Counted from the stretch's first letter, positions 7,360 through 15,918 are shown. The stretch: DNA of 28,490 nt from Candidatus Micrarchaeota archaeon (GCA_043805855.1 JAZDHP010000059.1:1-28490); one strand, 5' to 3'. The notes: generated from the letters alone by a model not told the origin. Numbers and translations: made by a program.

Positions 7360-8793
7360 CTATACGCGCCTCACTACGCCCTTATCCGCGTCAACTTCAA
7401 CTTTATCCCCATCTTTTAGCACTTTTGTTCCAACTTTTGTACCGGTTATGCAAGGAATGTGCAACTCTCTACTTACGATTGCGGCATGGCAGGTTAATCC
7501 GCCAGTGTCTGTAATAATCGCAGCTGCTTTTTTGATAACCGGAAGCAACGCAGGGTTAGTAGAAACGCTTACTAGGATATCGCCTTGATTCATCTTACTG
7601 AAGTCACCAGCTGAATTGACAATTTTCACAATGCCAATAACTTTACCTGCAACTGCAGTTGCACCGCGCAATTCCTTAACGTTTTTGTCAAGCTTCTGGC
7701 GAACAATACCCTCACGGAATTTCACTGCTTCAACGCCGGATAAAATTTGCAACCCGCTTTCTTCAATTATACAAACACAAGAGTTACGCCGCTCCTGCAG
7801 TAACTTCAACGCCAGCGGCTTACCGTTAATTGCATTTTTCATCTCTTCCAGTGTTTGAAAGCGAAATAGTTCAAGCGGAACACCAGTACGACGCGACGCT
7901 TCCTTTAGCCATTGTTCAAAGTAGAAAATACTCTTAATTTGAATTTCCTTGCGATAAGGTTTAAGCCACGAAATTTTACGCGCAACGTAAAACATCTCGC
8001 GCATTTCAGGCGAAACTAGCTTTTCAAGTTCAATTTGCTTCTTTTTTATCTCCGTAATTTTGCGCTGTTTTTCTTTGAGCTTAGCAACCGCGTCGAAACT
8101 AGTGTCTTTTTTCATCGACGCAAGTAGCTCCACATAATACGACAAGCCCCATTTTGTTGGCCCGCGCCAAGCCCACGGAATCCAAATGAATTTTTCGCTA
8201 TGCTTAACAAGCGCAGCTTGCTGTTTTGCTTCTGGAAGTATGCAAACCTGAAGAAAACTTTCTTCTTCCTGCGCGCCGTACGTTTTGTCAACAGTGTTTA
8301 CAGTTAGTATTGAAAACATTTCTTCACTGCGTTGCGGGAAATTTTTCTTTAAGTAACCTTGCAAAAAGTGAGTGAGCAACATATCTGGCTCAAAATCTAG
8401 CGCCGGAAGAAGTAACCCCCATGCAAACGATGGGTAAACTTTTTCAATGTAAGTGTCAAGAATTTCGCACATTTCCGCGTTGCTTTTTTCCTTTAAGTTC
8501 ATCTTCGAAACTTCAATTGCATAATCAGCAGCAGCGTTTGCAAGCGGAACAACATTACGTTCAATTTCTTCAACGTATTGTGGATTTTGCTTTACTTTTT
8601 CAAAAACCAAGCAACCACCTTTCATCCAACCATCATCAAGGCAAAATTGAAATTCACTATCGTGGAAATCCAACGCCCAGCTGACGCTAAACCCAACTAC
8701 TTTCTTCCAGCCAAACGCAGTGCCTAGCGGCGGAAAACACGATGCAAATGGTGCGCCATTAAAGTCAGTTTCCAAGTCATAAAATGTTTTCAT
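7360..8793 (-). CDS. PEP-utilising enzyme mobile domain protein (resembles the C-terminal half of rifampin phosphotransferase/PEP synthase-like proteins)
   Basis: C-terminal GDILVSVSTNP...AAAIITDTGGLTCHAAIVSRELHIPCITGT; long helical N-terminal region; no recognisable ATP-grasp. Confidence 0.85.
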   Translation of the reverse strand: MKTFYDLETDFNGAPFASCFPPLGTAFGWKKVVGFSVSWALDFHDSEFQFCLDDGWMKGGCLVFEKVKQNPQYVEEIERNVVPLANAAADYAIEVSKMNLKEKSNAEMCEILDTYIEKVYPSFAWGLLLPALDFEPDMLLTHFLQGYLKKNFPQRSEEMFSILTVNTVDKTYGAQEEESFLQVCILPEAKQQAALVKHSEKFIWIPWAWRGPTKWGLSYYVELLASMKKDTSFDAVAKLKEKQRKITEIKKKQIELEKLVSPEMREMFYVARKISWLKPYRKEIQIKSIFYFEQWLKEASRRTGVPLELFRFQTLEEMKNAINGKPLALKLLQERRNSCVCIIEESGLQILSGVEAVKFREGIVRQKLDKNVKELRGATAVAGKVIGIVKIVNSAGDFSKMNQGDILVSVSTNPALLPVIKKAAAIITDTGGLTCHAAIVSRELHIPCITGTKVGTKVLKDGDKVEVDADKGVVRRV

Positions 8794-8824
8794 TTTTCAT
8801 TCCACACATCAATATTTGAATAAC

Positions 8825-8860
8825 CTAACAATGTTAGCATATACCCGCGTTATAACGGGT
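8825..8860 (-). promoter_or_regulatory. putative operators upstream of the PEP-utiliser operon
   Basis: ACCCG-N8-CGGGT (8843-8860, containing the perfect palindrome CGTTATAACG) and CTAACA-A-TGTTAG (8825-8837). Confidence 0.5.
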
Positions 8861-8865
8861 TCGCT

Positions 8866-9504
8866 TTAACCTTGCGCTAGGGAAGTAATAATGGCACTTT
8901 CTGCGCGTTGTAATCTTTCCCGCAGCGTCGAATACGGTATTCGCGCATTTTTCGCAATTTCCTCTAATGTTTTCTTGCGGGGAATTACATAGTAACCGTT
9001 TTGAAACGCGAGCATCACTGCGCCACGTTGTTTGTCTGACAACTTTTCCAACACGGGTTCAGCTGCAAATGCAAGGTGCTTTACTTTCTTAAGATAAATT
9101 ATTTCCGCGCCGCCTTTGAAACGCTTTACTGCATTGTAAACTTTTTGAATTGCTTTTTTGTCATTACTAGCAACTTCCCAATACTGACAACCGTCTTTGA
9201 AAAGAATCGGCTGCGTTAGGAAAACTTCGCTAGATAAAACAATCGAATGAAACGCTTTTGACTCTGGAATTCTGAAGAAACATTTATTCTCATCAACCTC
9301 GAGCAACTCGCCGGTGAAATCCTTCGCAACGTTGCGAACTGCTTTTTTCCAATCTGGCCCACTGAACACTGCGATTTTATTGTGATAGTATTTGTTCCCC
9401 TTCTTGAAGAAATTAAGGTAATAGACAACGGCGCTTACGTCGAGCCCTTTGGTGAACTGAGCTAGTATGCTATCGTGCCAAACCTTAAAACGAGCAATCC
9501 ACAT
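8866..9504 (-). CDS. HTH_10 (bacterio-opsin activator-like) transcriptional regulator; start revised to MWIARFK at 9504
   Basis: C-terminal LSDKQRGAVMLAFQNGYYVIPRKKTLEEIA...STLRERLQRAE is a canonical HTH_10. Confidence 0.88.
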   Translation of the reverse strand: MWIARFKVWHDSILAQFTKGLDVSAVVYYLNFFKKGNKYYHNKIAVFSGPDWKKAVRNVAKDFTGELLEVDENKCFFRIPESKAFHSIVLSSEVFLTQPILFKDGCQYWEVASNDKKAIQKVYNAVKRFKGGAEIIYLKKVKHLAFAAEPVLEKLSDKQRGAVMLAFQNGYYVIPRKKTLEEIAKNARIPYSTLRERLQRAESAIITSLAQG

Positions 9505-9584
9505 TTTGTTTAAAACATTAAACACGGATGGTTTTTAACTTTTCACTACGTTAAAATAAAAAAGAAAACAAGGGTTTTTTATAA

Positions 9585-9860
9585 AAATGATCCCACTTGC
9601 AGAAGCCGCGTGCCCTAAATGCTTTCAGCACAAGCCATAGGCTTGTGACTGCAATCACAATGCCGCCACATTGTGTTGCGTCACAACGCTCGGCGTTGTG
9701 CCAGAGTCATCGAGCTTTGCTCAATGCCATAACAAAACAGACGTCGCGTACCCGCTGACGTACAACAACTCAACAAAAGTATACAGCTGCACACACACAA
9801 CGTCAGCCACCAGTACACTGAAGACGAAAACGGGTTTCTAAAATCAAGAAACCGCTAGGA
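9585..9860 (-). ncRNA. candidate structured non-coding RNA/element of unknown class
   Basis: GC-richer intergenic tract with at least 6 stems; mismatches on + read as G-U pairs on -; ends in a U-rich tract on -; no ORF longer than short peptides noticed. Confidence 0.5.
9629..9700. repeat. three tandem palindromic units CACAA-N9/10-TTGTG at 26-27 bp period
   Basis: CACAAGCC-ATA-GGCTTGTG (9629-47), CACAATG-CCGCCA-CATTGTG (9656-75), CACAACGC-TCG-GCGTTGTG (9682-9700). Confidence 0.85.
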
Positions 9861-9865
9861 AAACA

Positions 9866-10219
9866 CTAAACTGTTTTCCAGCCATCGATTCCAGAAATTA
9901 GTAAGTATTTTTTCAAATCTACTGCTTGTTCGGAGAATTGCCAATAAGTTCTTCGCCCAACTTCTTCCTTAGCTAGGATACCTTCGACTTCCAACTTGTT
10001 GAAAAACGTACTCACTGACAAATACGTTCCACCCGTGCGGTTTTCTTTTAAATCGCGCAAGAGATTTGAAATCGTCGTGCGCTCTAACTTCGCTAGATTT
10101 TCCAACGCTTTTAATCTCAATTTACTTGGATCGTTACGCGCAAGAACAATAAACCAATTTTGTAAATTGCGTTTTAGTCCAGCTGCGCGGCCGAAAATTT
10201 CAGAATAGGCAAGGAACAT
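9866..10219 (-). CDS. small winged-helix (ArsR/MarR-like) DNA-binding protein
   Basis: TTISNLL...SVSTFFNKLEVEGILAKEEVGRRTYWQFS wHTH pattern; 1-nt TAATG overlap with the upstream gene. Confidence 0.65.
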   Translation of the reverse strand: MFLAYSEIFGRAAGLKRNLQNWFIVLARNDPSKLRLKALENLAKLERTTISNLLRDLKENRTGGTYLSVSTFFNKLEVEGILAKEEVGRRTYWQFSEQAVDLKKYLLISGIDGWKTV

Positions 10220-10635
10220 TACTTTAATTCAACTCCAAAATATTTAGTTTCAAGCGGAATAGTTTCTCCTTTAAACTCAGAGACAAGCAAGTGAACTAAA
10301 CGCATACGGCTTTTCAGGGAAATTTCTCTATCCGAAAGATTGTATATTCCAAAATAAACTTTGCCAAGGTAAGTTGGATCAATCTTACCGCAATTTATCC
10401 CGACTCCGATGCGAATAGCAAAACTCGTTGGTACTAAAACCGCCATTAAACTAGCGGGCATTTTTAAAGATTCAAATGTTGTTCCCAGCACATATTTCCC
10501 CGGCTTTAGTACATAAGGCAGTTTAACGTTACGCGAAGATGGGACTTCTCCTTTGCCATCGAGCTCTGAAACACTTTCCAAGCGCAATTCATAGGAAACA
10601 GGTTTGAAACAAGAAACGTCAAAATCTTTAATCAT
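10219..10635 (-). CDS. dCTP deaminase/trimeric dUTPase superfamily protein with degenerate motifs; start revised to MIKDF at 10635
   Basis: PVSYELRL, LKPGKYVLGTTFESLKMP, IDPTYLG, RLVHL; TATA TTTTTAAA ~25 nt upstream of 10635. Confidence 0.75.
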   Translation of the reverse strand: MIKDFDVSCFKPVSYELRLESVSELDGKGEVPSSRNVKLPYVLKPGKYVLGTTFESLKMPASLMAVLVPTSFAIRIGVGINCGKIDPTYLGKVYFGIYNLSDREISLKSRMRLVHLLVSEFKGETIPLETKYFGVELK

Positions 10636-10686
10636 GTTACTTATAGGTAACGCCGCTTTAAAAAAAGTTACCTTGTTGTTACTAAC

Positions 10687-12129
10687 ATGGTAAACAGCTT
10701 GCAATTTAGAGCCGTACTTTTTGTGGAGCAGTTAGTTTACGGAAAAAGTGATAAGGGAATTGGAATTGTAGCACTGTGGACAAGAAAGGAACTAGTTGCA
10801 AATCAAGTTACAGAGGTAAATTATACAGTAATTGGCCAGCTTTACTCGCGCCACCAAGGAATAAATGCTTTGATTATAAACTGCCTAGCGAACAAAACAC
10901 TGCGTTACTTAATCGTAACTGGATTGGACTTAAGTAAGTCAGGCGAAACGCTGGCAAAGTTATTTCAAACTGGCGTCAACGAAAATAGAATGGTCAACGG
11001 CGATAACAATTTTATCCTAGACCCAAATATTCCTCTTGCAGAGCTAGAATCATTTCGACAAAACGTTGAATTAATTGACCTGCGAGGCACGGCTAAGCTA
11101 GAAGAGTTAAACGCAGTAATTGAAAAACTCGAGAAAAAAGCGCCTTATGGCGAAAACCAACGCTTTGAGTTAAGCGCACCGCCAGCACCGGAAGTTTTTC
11201 CTTCTCAATTAACAGGGTTACAAGTAGTTGCGTCGAATATTCCAAAAGCGTGGCCGCAAATTCTTGACAAGATAATGACGTTCGGCGCGTTGAAAAAAAG
11301 CGAGTACGAAGAACCGCAAAAAGAGTTGCTATGCTTTACTTCCATCATCACTGACGACGAACAATTGCCAGAAAACGGAAAAGGCAGCTGGAACCGGTTT
11401 TTCCCATTTACACGAGAAGACGTTGCTGCCTACGTGCCACAAGTTGCAACTGGATTGAAAATCGACGGCGTCGAATACACTTACGGTCAACGACTGCGTA
11501 GTCCAATTGAACAAATCGCGTACATAACTGAAAAAATTAAAACCACCCCGCATAGCCGACGGCACGTAGCGTGCACGTGGAACACTGAACACGATTACAA
11601 TAATCCCAATGCACCTTGCTTGGTTTTGCTTCAGTTCAACGTAACTGACAGCAAACTTCACACAACAGCGTTTATTCGCAGTAATGACATGTACGCCGCG
11701 TGGCCGAAAAACGCGTTTGCACTGCGCGAGTTACAGCGCGCAGTAGCAACGGATACAAAGTTACAAATGGGATTTCTTTCAATTGTATCGCAAAGTGCAC
11801 ACATTTACCAGCACGATTTCGCCAAGGCAAAAGAAGTTATCGCAGCTAGGCCAAAAATTGAATGGCAACCAGATCCAAATGGAAATTTAGTTATAACGAC
11901 GCGCGATAGCGAAATAGTTGTAATTCACTTGGCCCAGGGTTCAAAAGTGTTGGAAGAGTTTCGCGGCAAAACTGCAGTTGAGCTTTACAAACACATTGCG
12001 TTTCGGAATAAAATTTCGGTAATCTCTCATGCGCTTGATATTGGCTGTGAATTGCAAAAAGCAGAAACCGCGTTAAAGCTAGGAGTACAATACACGCAGG
12101 ACAAACCACTGCCGCTTGAAAACCAATAG
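10687..12129 (+). CDS. thyA: thymidylate synthase with N-terminal MtrA-like domain and C-terminal DUF4346
   Basis: YTYGQRL, SRR, APCL (catalytic Cys), RSND...N, SAHIY; N-terminal LANKTLRYLIVTG; C-terminal HALDIGCELQKAETAL...YTQD. Confidence 0.85.
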   Translation: MVNSLQFRAVLFVEQLVYGKSDKGIGIVALWTRKELVANQVTEVNYTVIGQLYSRHQGINALIINCLANKTLRYLIVTGLDLSKSGETLAKLFQTGVNENRMVNGDNNFILDPNIPLAELESFRQNVELIDLRGTAKLEELNAVIEKLEKKAPYGENQRFELSAPPAPEVFPSQLTGLQVVASNIPKAWPQILDKIMTFGALKKSEYEEPQKELLCFTSIITDDEQLPENGKGSWNRFFPFTREDVAAYVPQVATGLKIDGVEYTYGQRLRSPIEQIAYITEKIKTTPHSRRHVACTWNTEHDYNNPNAPCLVLLQFNVTDSKLHTTAFIRSNDMYAAWPKNAFALRELQRAVATDTKLQMGFLSIVSQSAHIYQHDFAKAKEVIAARPKIEWQPDPNGNLVITTRDSEIVVIHLAQGSKVLEEFRGKTAVELYKHIAFRNKISVISHALDIGCELQKAETALKLGVQYTQDKPLPLENQ

Positions 12130-12189
12130 ATTTAAATAGGTATTTAGTATGAATAAATATGTAAAAAATAGGTTTAAGGAGTTTTAGTT

Positions 12190-12456
12190 ATGTACGAACA
12201 AATGACAATTATGGGAGAACGTGGACAGATAACTATTCCAAAGGCTATTCGCGAAATGGAAGGTTTGAAGCCAGGAAATCAAATTGTAGTAAAAATAGAA
12301 AATAGCAAAATCATAGTTGAAAAACCACTGAACAAAAAAGAAAAGGAAAAATTAATGGCTGAAGGATACAAAAAAATGGCTAAGCTAGATGAAGAAACTG
12401 CTGAGGAATGGAAAAACGCCAGCAAAGAAGCGGATGCGATGCTTGATGATTATTGA
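12190..12456 (+). CDS. mazE: AbrB/MazE-family antitoxin
   Basis: MGERGQITIPKAIREMEGLKPG AbrB motif; acidic C-terminus; overlaps the toxin; upstream TATTTA-N7-TAAATA inverted repeat (12141-12159). Confidence 0.85.
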   Translation: MYEQMTIMGERGQITIPKAIREMEGLKPGNQIVVKIENSKIIVEKPLNKKEKEKLMAEGYKKMAKLDEETAEEWKNASKEADAMLDDY

Positions 12457-12790
12457 ACGAGGCGACGTAGTTTTAACCGACTTAGAGCCAGTAAAAGGTT
12501 CAGAGCAAGGTAAAATGAGGCCATGCCTAGTTATACAAAACAATATAGGCAACGCAAATTCGTCAACTACAATTGTAGCTTCAATCACTTCGCACACCGA
12601 AAAACAATATCCTTTTACAGTTTTAGTAAACGCAGGAGAAGGCAACTTGCCAAAAGATAGTTTAGTCCAATGCAACCAAATTAGAACAATTTCAAAAGAA
12701 CACAGAATATTACAAAAGCTAGGCTCCCTTTCGCCAGAAACGATGAAAAAGGTAAACGAAGCACTAAAAACAAGCTTCGCTTTGGACTAA
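12446..12790 (+). CDS. mazF: MazF/PemK endoribonuclease toxin; start revised to MIIERGD at 12446
   Basis: RGDVVLTDLEPVKGSEQGKMRPCLVIQNN...TIVASITS...QIRTISK. Confidence 0.93.
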   Translation: MIIERGDVVLTDLEPVKGSEQGKMRPCLVIQNNIGNANSSTTIVASITSHTEKQYPFTVLVNAGEGNLPKDSLVQCNQIRTISKEHRILQKLGSLSPETMKKVNEALKTSFALD

Positions 12791-12802
12791 GCTTCAGCAA
12801 TT

Positions 12803-15676
12803 TTAGCCTTTAATGACGCCAATTGGCACTAACCTACAAACGACGTTGGAAATCTTTGCAGTTTTCACTGTGTTGATCACTTCGTCGATGTCCTTGTACG
12901 CTCCGCCAGCTTCTTCTGCCAAACTCTTCGGTGTTGGCGCTTTGACTTGAATTCCTGAACTTTCCATGTCCTTTTGCAACTGTACGCCGTCGAAATCGCG
13001 AAGTGCCTGGTGGCGCGACATTATACGACCAGCGCCGTGGCAAGTTGAACCAAACGTATTTCTACCGCTCGGAATGCCGACAAGTAAGTAAGAAGCTGTT
13101 GACATGCTGCCTGGAATTATAACTGGTTGGCCGATGTTGCGGTAAGCTGCTGGAATTTCTTTTCTACCTGCCCAAAACGCGCGAGTTGCACCTTTACGGT
13201 GAACGCACACTTTCTTGTTAACCCCGTTAACCTCGTGTTCTTCAATCTTTGCAATATTATGGCACACGTCGTAAACGGTTTTCATTCCCATTGTTTCCCA
13301 ATCTTTATTGAAAACTTGTTGGAATGTCTCGCGAACCCACTGGCCCATGCAATGACGATTTCCAAAGGCGAAGTTCACTGCGCAGTTCATTGCGCCGAAG
13401 TAATCCTGCGCTTCTGGACTTTTAATCGGAGCACAGCACAGTTCATAGTCAGGAAGATTAATTCCATACTTCTTCGCAGCAGGTAGCATAACGCGAATAC
13501 TATCTTCACACACTTGGTGACCAAAACCGCGAGAACCACTGTGAATCATAACTGTAACTTGGCCTTCTTGCGTTATCCCAAACGCTTTTGCTGCTTCGAC
13601 GTCGTAAATCTTGTCAACTTTTTGAATTTCAGAAAAGTGATTTCCACTCCCAAGCGTGCCGAATTGAGGTTTGCCGCGCTTAATTGCCATTGGAGATAAT
13701 TTAGAATACAACGCGCCGTCTTTCTGGCCGTTTTCCTCACAGTGCTCTAAATCTCCCTCAACGCCGATGTCCTTCTCTTCGACGAAGTAACGGCTGCCTT
13801 GAGTAACCGCTTGTTCGAACTCCACATCGTTTAAACGCATTTTACTCTTGCTACCAACCCCACTTGGAATGTTGTCGTACATTTTCAAAATAAGTTCCTT
13901 CAATTTAGGGCGAACTTCTTTTTCAGTAAGGTCGGTACGCAACAAACGTACACCACAATTTGACACAACGATTCCATTTGCGACAAAGTTATGCAAATCA
14001 GCAACGGTAAAATCATATACGATTCCACTATAATCAATTTGTTTTATCTCTGAAATTTCATCAAGCAACGCGCCGAATTGTTCAAATTCTTTTTTGCATT
14101 GCACTGAAAAATCTTTAAACGAAATAAAATCAAGAGTTATTCGTTGCCCTACTTTTTCATAATAACTTCGCTCAATGAATCGAGTATTTGCTTCTGGACA
14201 AACAAGCACTGAACTAACTTCACGAAGAGTTAACCCTTTTGTTTTTAGTTCATTTACTTTAGCTGCAATTTGGGTTCTTTTCTGGGTTAGTTTCTGTTTT
14301 GAAAGTATATACTTAGCTGCTATTTCGCCTAACTGCTGGCGTTTTGTATTATACTCAAATCCAACTACTCGCCATAATTTAAGCAAATTATCTTCATCAG
14401 CAGATATTTCAAGACGCAAACGCATTGTTTTGCCTTGTTTATTTTCATGCTCCATACGCTCTGCAATTTTTGTACATTTCACGCCAAAATCTTCTAAAAG
14501 TGCCATTATGTCTATTAGAAACGTCCTCCCAGCTTCTTTAAATTCAACGTTTTTATTCTGCGACAATATAGGTGAATAAAAGCCAGTTTTTGAATGAGTT
14601 GCCGGACTTGAAAGCTCCGCTCCAAAGAAACCAGCAAGAAATAAACGCTTTAACCATAATGGGGAATCTTTAATCCATTGAGGAACACTAAAAGCTAAGC
14701 TTGTTTTTCGGCCAACTGGCGCGCCGAGAGAAATTAATTCATTAGCAAAAGATTGCGAATAAACGTGCAACTCCGCACATTGACCTACGAAACTCTTTTT
14801 GCCATATTGACTTTCAATAGTGTGATAGCGTTTTCGTTCAACAATATGCGAATGCACACCTAAACTAACTAAATCACGCTGCATTACTTCTAAATCTCCC
14901 TTGGCGCCATAAAAAGCCGTTCTCAACTTTCCTTTTGAATTAGAAATAGAGCCATCTCCAAACAAATAACCTAATACTTTTGCTAAAACGCCTTGCCTTT
15001 GAAAATCTTTAATTGGCTCAAAACCAACACCTTGAAACATCAACATGGCAATTTTATCCGTTGCAATTAATTCGCCAGCTTTAACCATACCGCGGTTTGT
15101 TAAAATTGGATGATCTTCACTACATAAAAGATTCAAACCACTTGCAGTTGTTACTGAAAGCATACGTTTGTCTGCTTGCTTTTTCATAAAAGCTAAAACC
15201 GACTTGGAAGCAAACTTGTGAGAATTAATATCAAGAGAAGAAACTTCAACATCAGAGCTAGCAGCACTAAAGGAATATTCTTTAATCAAGTTAAAATTCT
15301 TGAAAAACATTTCAAAACTTTCAATGGGCAAGTAAAAACCAAGTGAGTGTCTAACATTTGACCCTGCAGCGAGGCAATTTATATCGTATCCAACTCCGCC
15401 TGGAGAAACTACACCAGTGTCAAGGTCAAACGCAGCAACTCCACCAATTGGAAACCCGTAACCTTCATGACCATCAGGCATAACCATAGCAGCTTCGAGA
15501 ATTCCAGGAAGCGAAGCAACGTTCCTCGCTTGTTTAATCGTGCGGTCGCGTCTCATTTTGTCAATAAGCAAATCAGAAGCAAAGATACGCACCGGCACGT
15601 TCATTGCGCCTTCGCGGGGTAACTCCCAAACTGCGTCGCTGACCTTTTTTAAATTGTAAATTTCCTGAGGATCCAT
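12803..15676 (-). CDS. rtcB: RtcB RNA 3'-phosphate/5'-OH ligase (tRNA-splicing ligase) containing an intein
   Basis: MPDGHEGYGFPIGGV, GGVGYDIN/CGVR, GTLGSGNHF, HSGSRG, HRKGAT, HGAGR, EEA..AYK; SD GGTGA before the ATG at 15676. Confidence 0.96.
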   Translation of the reverse strand: MDPQEIYNLKKVSDAVWELPREGAMNVPVRIFASDLLIDKMRRDRTIKQARNVASLPGILEAAMVMPDGHEGYGFPIGGVAAFDLDTGVVSPGGVGYDINCLAAGSNVRHSLGFYLPIESFEMFFKNFNLIKEYSFSAASSDVEVSSLDINSHKFASKSVLAFMKKQADKRMLSVTTASGLNLLCSEDHPILTNRGMVKAGELIATDKIAMLMFQGVGFEPIKDFQRQGVLAKVLGYLFGDGSISNSKGKLRTAFYGAKGDLEVMQRDLVSLGVHSHIVERKRYHTIESQYGKKSFVGQCAELHVYSQSFANELISLGAPVGRKTSLAFSVPQWIKDSPLWLKRLFLAGFFGAELSSPATHSKTGFYSPILSQNKNVEFKEAGRTFLIDIMALLEDFGVKCTKIAERMEHENKQGKTMRLRLEISADEDNLLKLWRVVGFEYNTKRQQLGEIAAKYILSKQKLTQKRTQIAAKVNELKTKGLTLREVSSVLVCPEANTRFIERSYYEKVGQRITLDFISFKDFSVQCKKEFEQFGALLDEISEIKQIDYSGIVYDFTVADLHNFVANGIVVSNCGVRLLRTDLTEKEVRPKLKELILKMYDNIPSGVGSKSKMRLNDVEFEQAVTQGSRYFVEEKDIGVEGDLEHCEENGQKDGALYSKLSPMAIKRGKPQFGTLGSGNHFSEIQKVDKIYDVEAAKAFGITQEGQVTVMIHSGSRGFGHQVCEDSIRVMLPAAKKYGINLPDYELCCAPIKSPEAQDYFGAMNCAVNFAFGNRHCMGQWVRETFQQVFNKDWETMGMKTVYDVCHNIAKIEEHEVNGVNKKVCVHRKGATRAFWAGRKEIPAAYRNIGQPVIIPGSMSTASYLLVGIPSGRNTFGSTCHGAGRIMSRHQALRDFDGVQLQKDMESSGIQVKAPTPKSLAEEAGGAYKDIDEVINTVKTAKISNVVCRLVPIGVIKG
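13958..15376 (-). mobile_element. intein (473 aa) with LAGLIDADG homing endonuclease, inserted before the catalytic Cys of RtcB
   Basis: starts CLAAGS; block B SEDHPIL; LGYLFGDGS and LAGFFGAEL motifs; ends VYDFTVADLHNFVANGIVVSN followed by Cys+1. Confidence 0.95.
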
Positions 15677-15825
15677 AGTAAACAATCACCTAAACTTAAC
15701 GTAAATAGCAATAAAATTAAGCTGAAACGCGAATAAAAGCCCTTTGTAACAGAATACTTCACAGCTTCCAAAAGCTTTAGAATCCCAATTAGCTTATTTA
15801 TATAAGTGAGAATATGTTTGGCAGC

Positions 15826-15918
15826 ATGAAAAAATTAAAGTTAAAAGATTTGCGCGAAGAAGGCGAACCACATCCGGCACTACGCCTAATTAACAAAAAA
15901 CCAAAGGCCAAAACCTAG
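15826..15918 (+). CDS. 30-aa basic micro-ORF (MKKLKLKDLREEGEPHPALRLINKKPKAKT)
   Basis: TTTATATA (15797-15804) ~25 nt upstream; stops 33 nt before the tRNA. Confidence 0.45.
   Translation: MKKLKLKDLREEGEPHPALRLINKKPKAKT

Noticed and set aside
6300..8793. Split or frameshifted ppsA/ppdK
   Set aside because: Both ORFs end in a complete His domain, so they are paralogues rather than halves of one gene; no ATP-grasp or PEP barrel is present
9629..9700. Mini CRISPR array
   Set aside because: Units are only ~19-20 bp with 6-8 bp linkers, vary internally, and no cas genes are in the window
9585..9860. RNase P RNA, SRP RNA, 5S rRNA or a tRNA
   Set aside because: No GAGGAAAGUCC-like P4 strand, no CAGG/GGAA/AGCA helix-8 motif, no 5S signature and no T-loop/acceptor pair found on either strand by eye; cmscan is needed to exclude divergent forms
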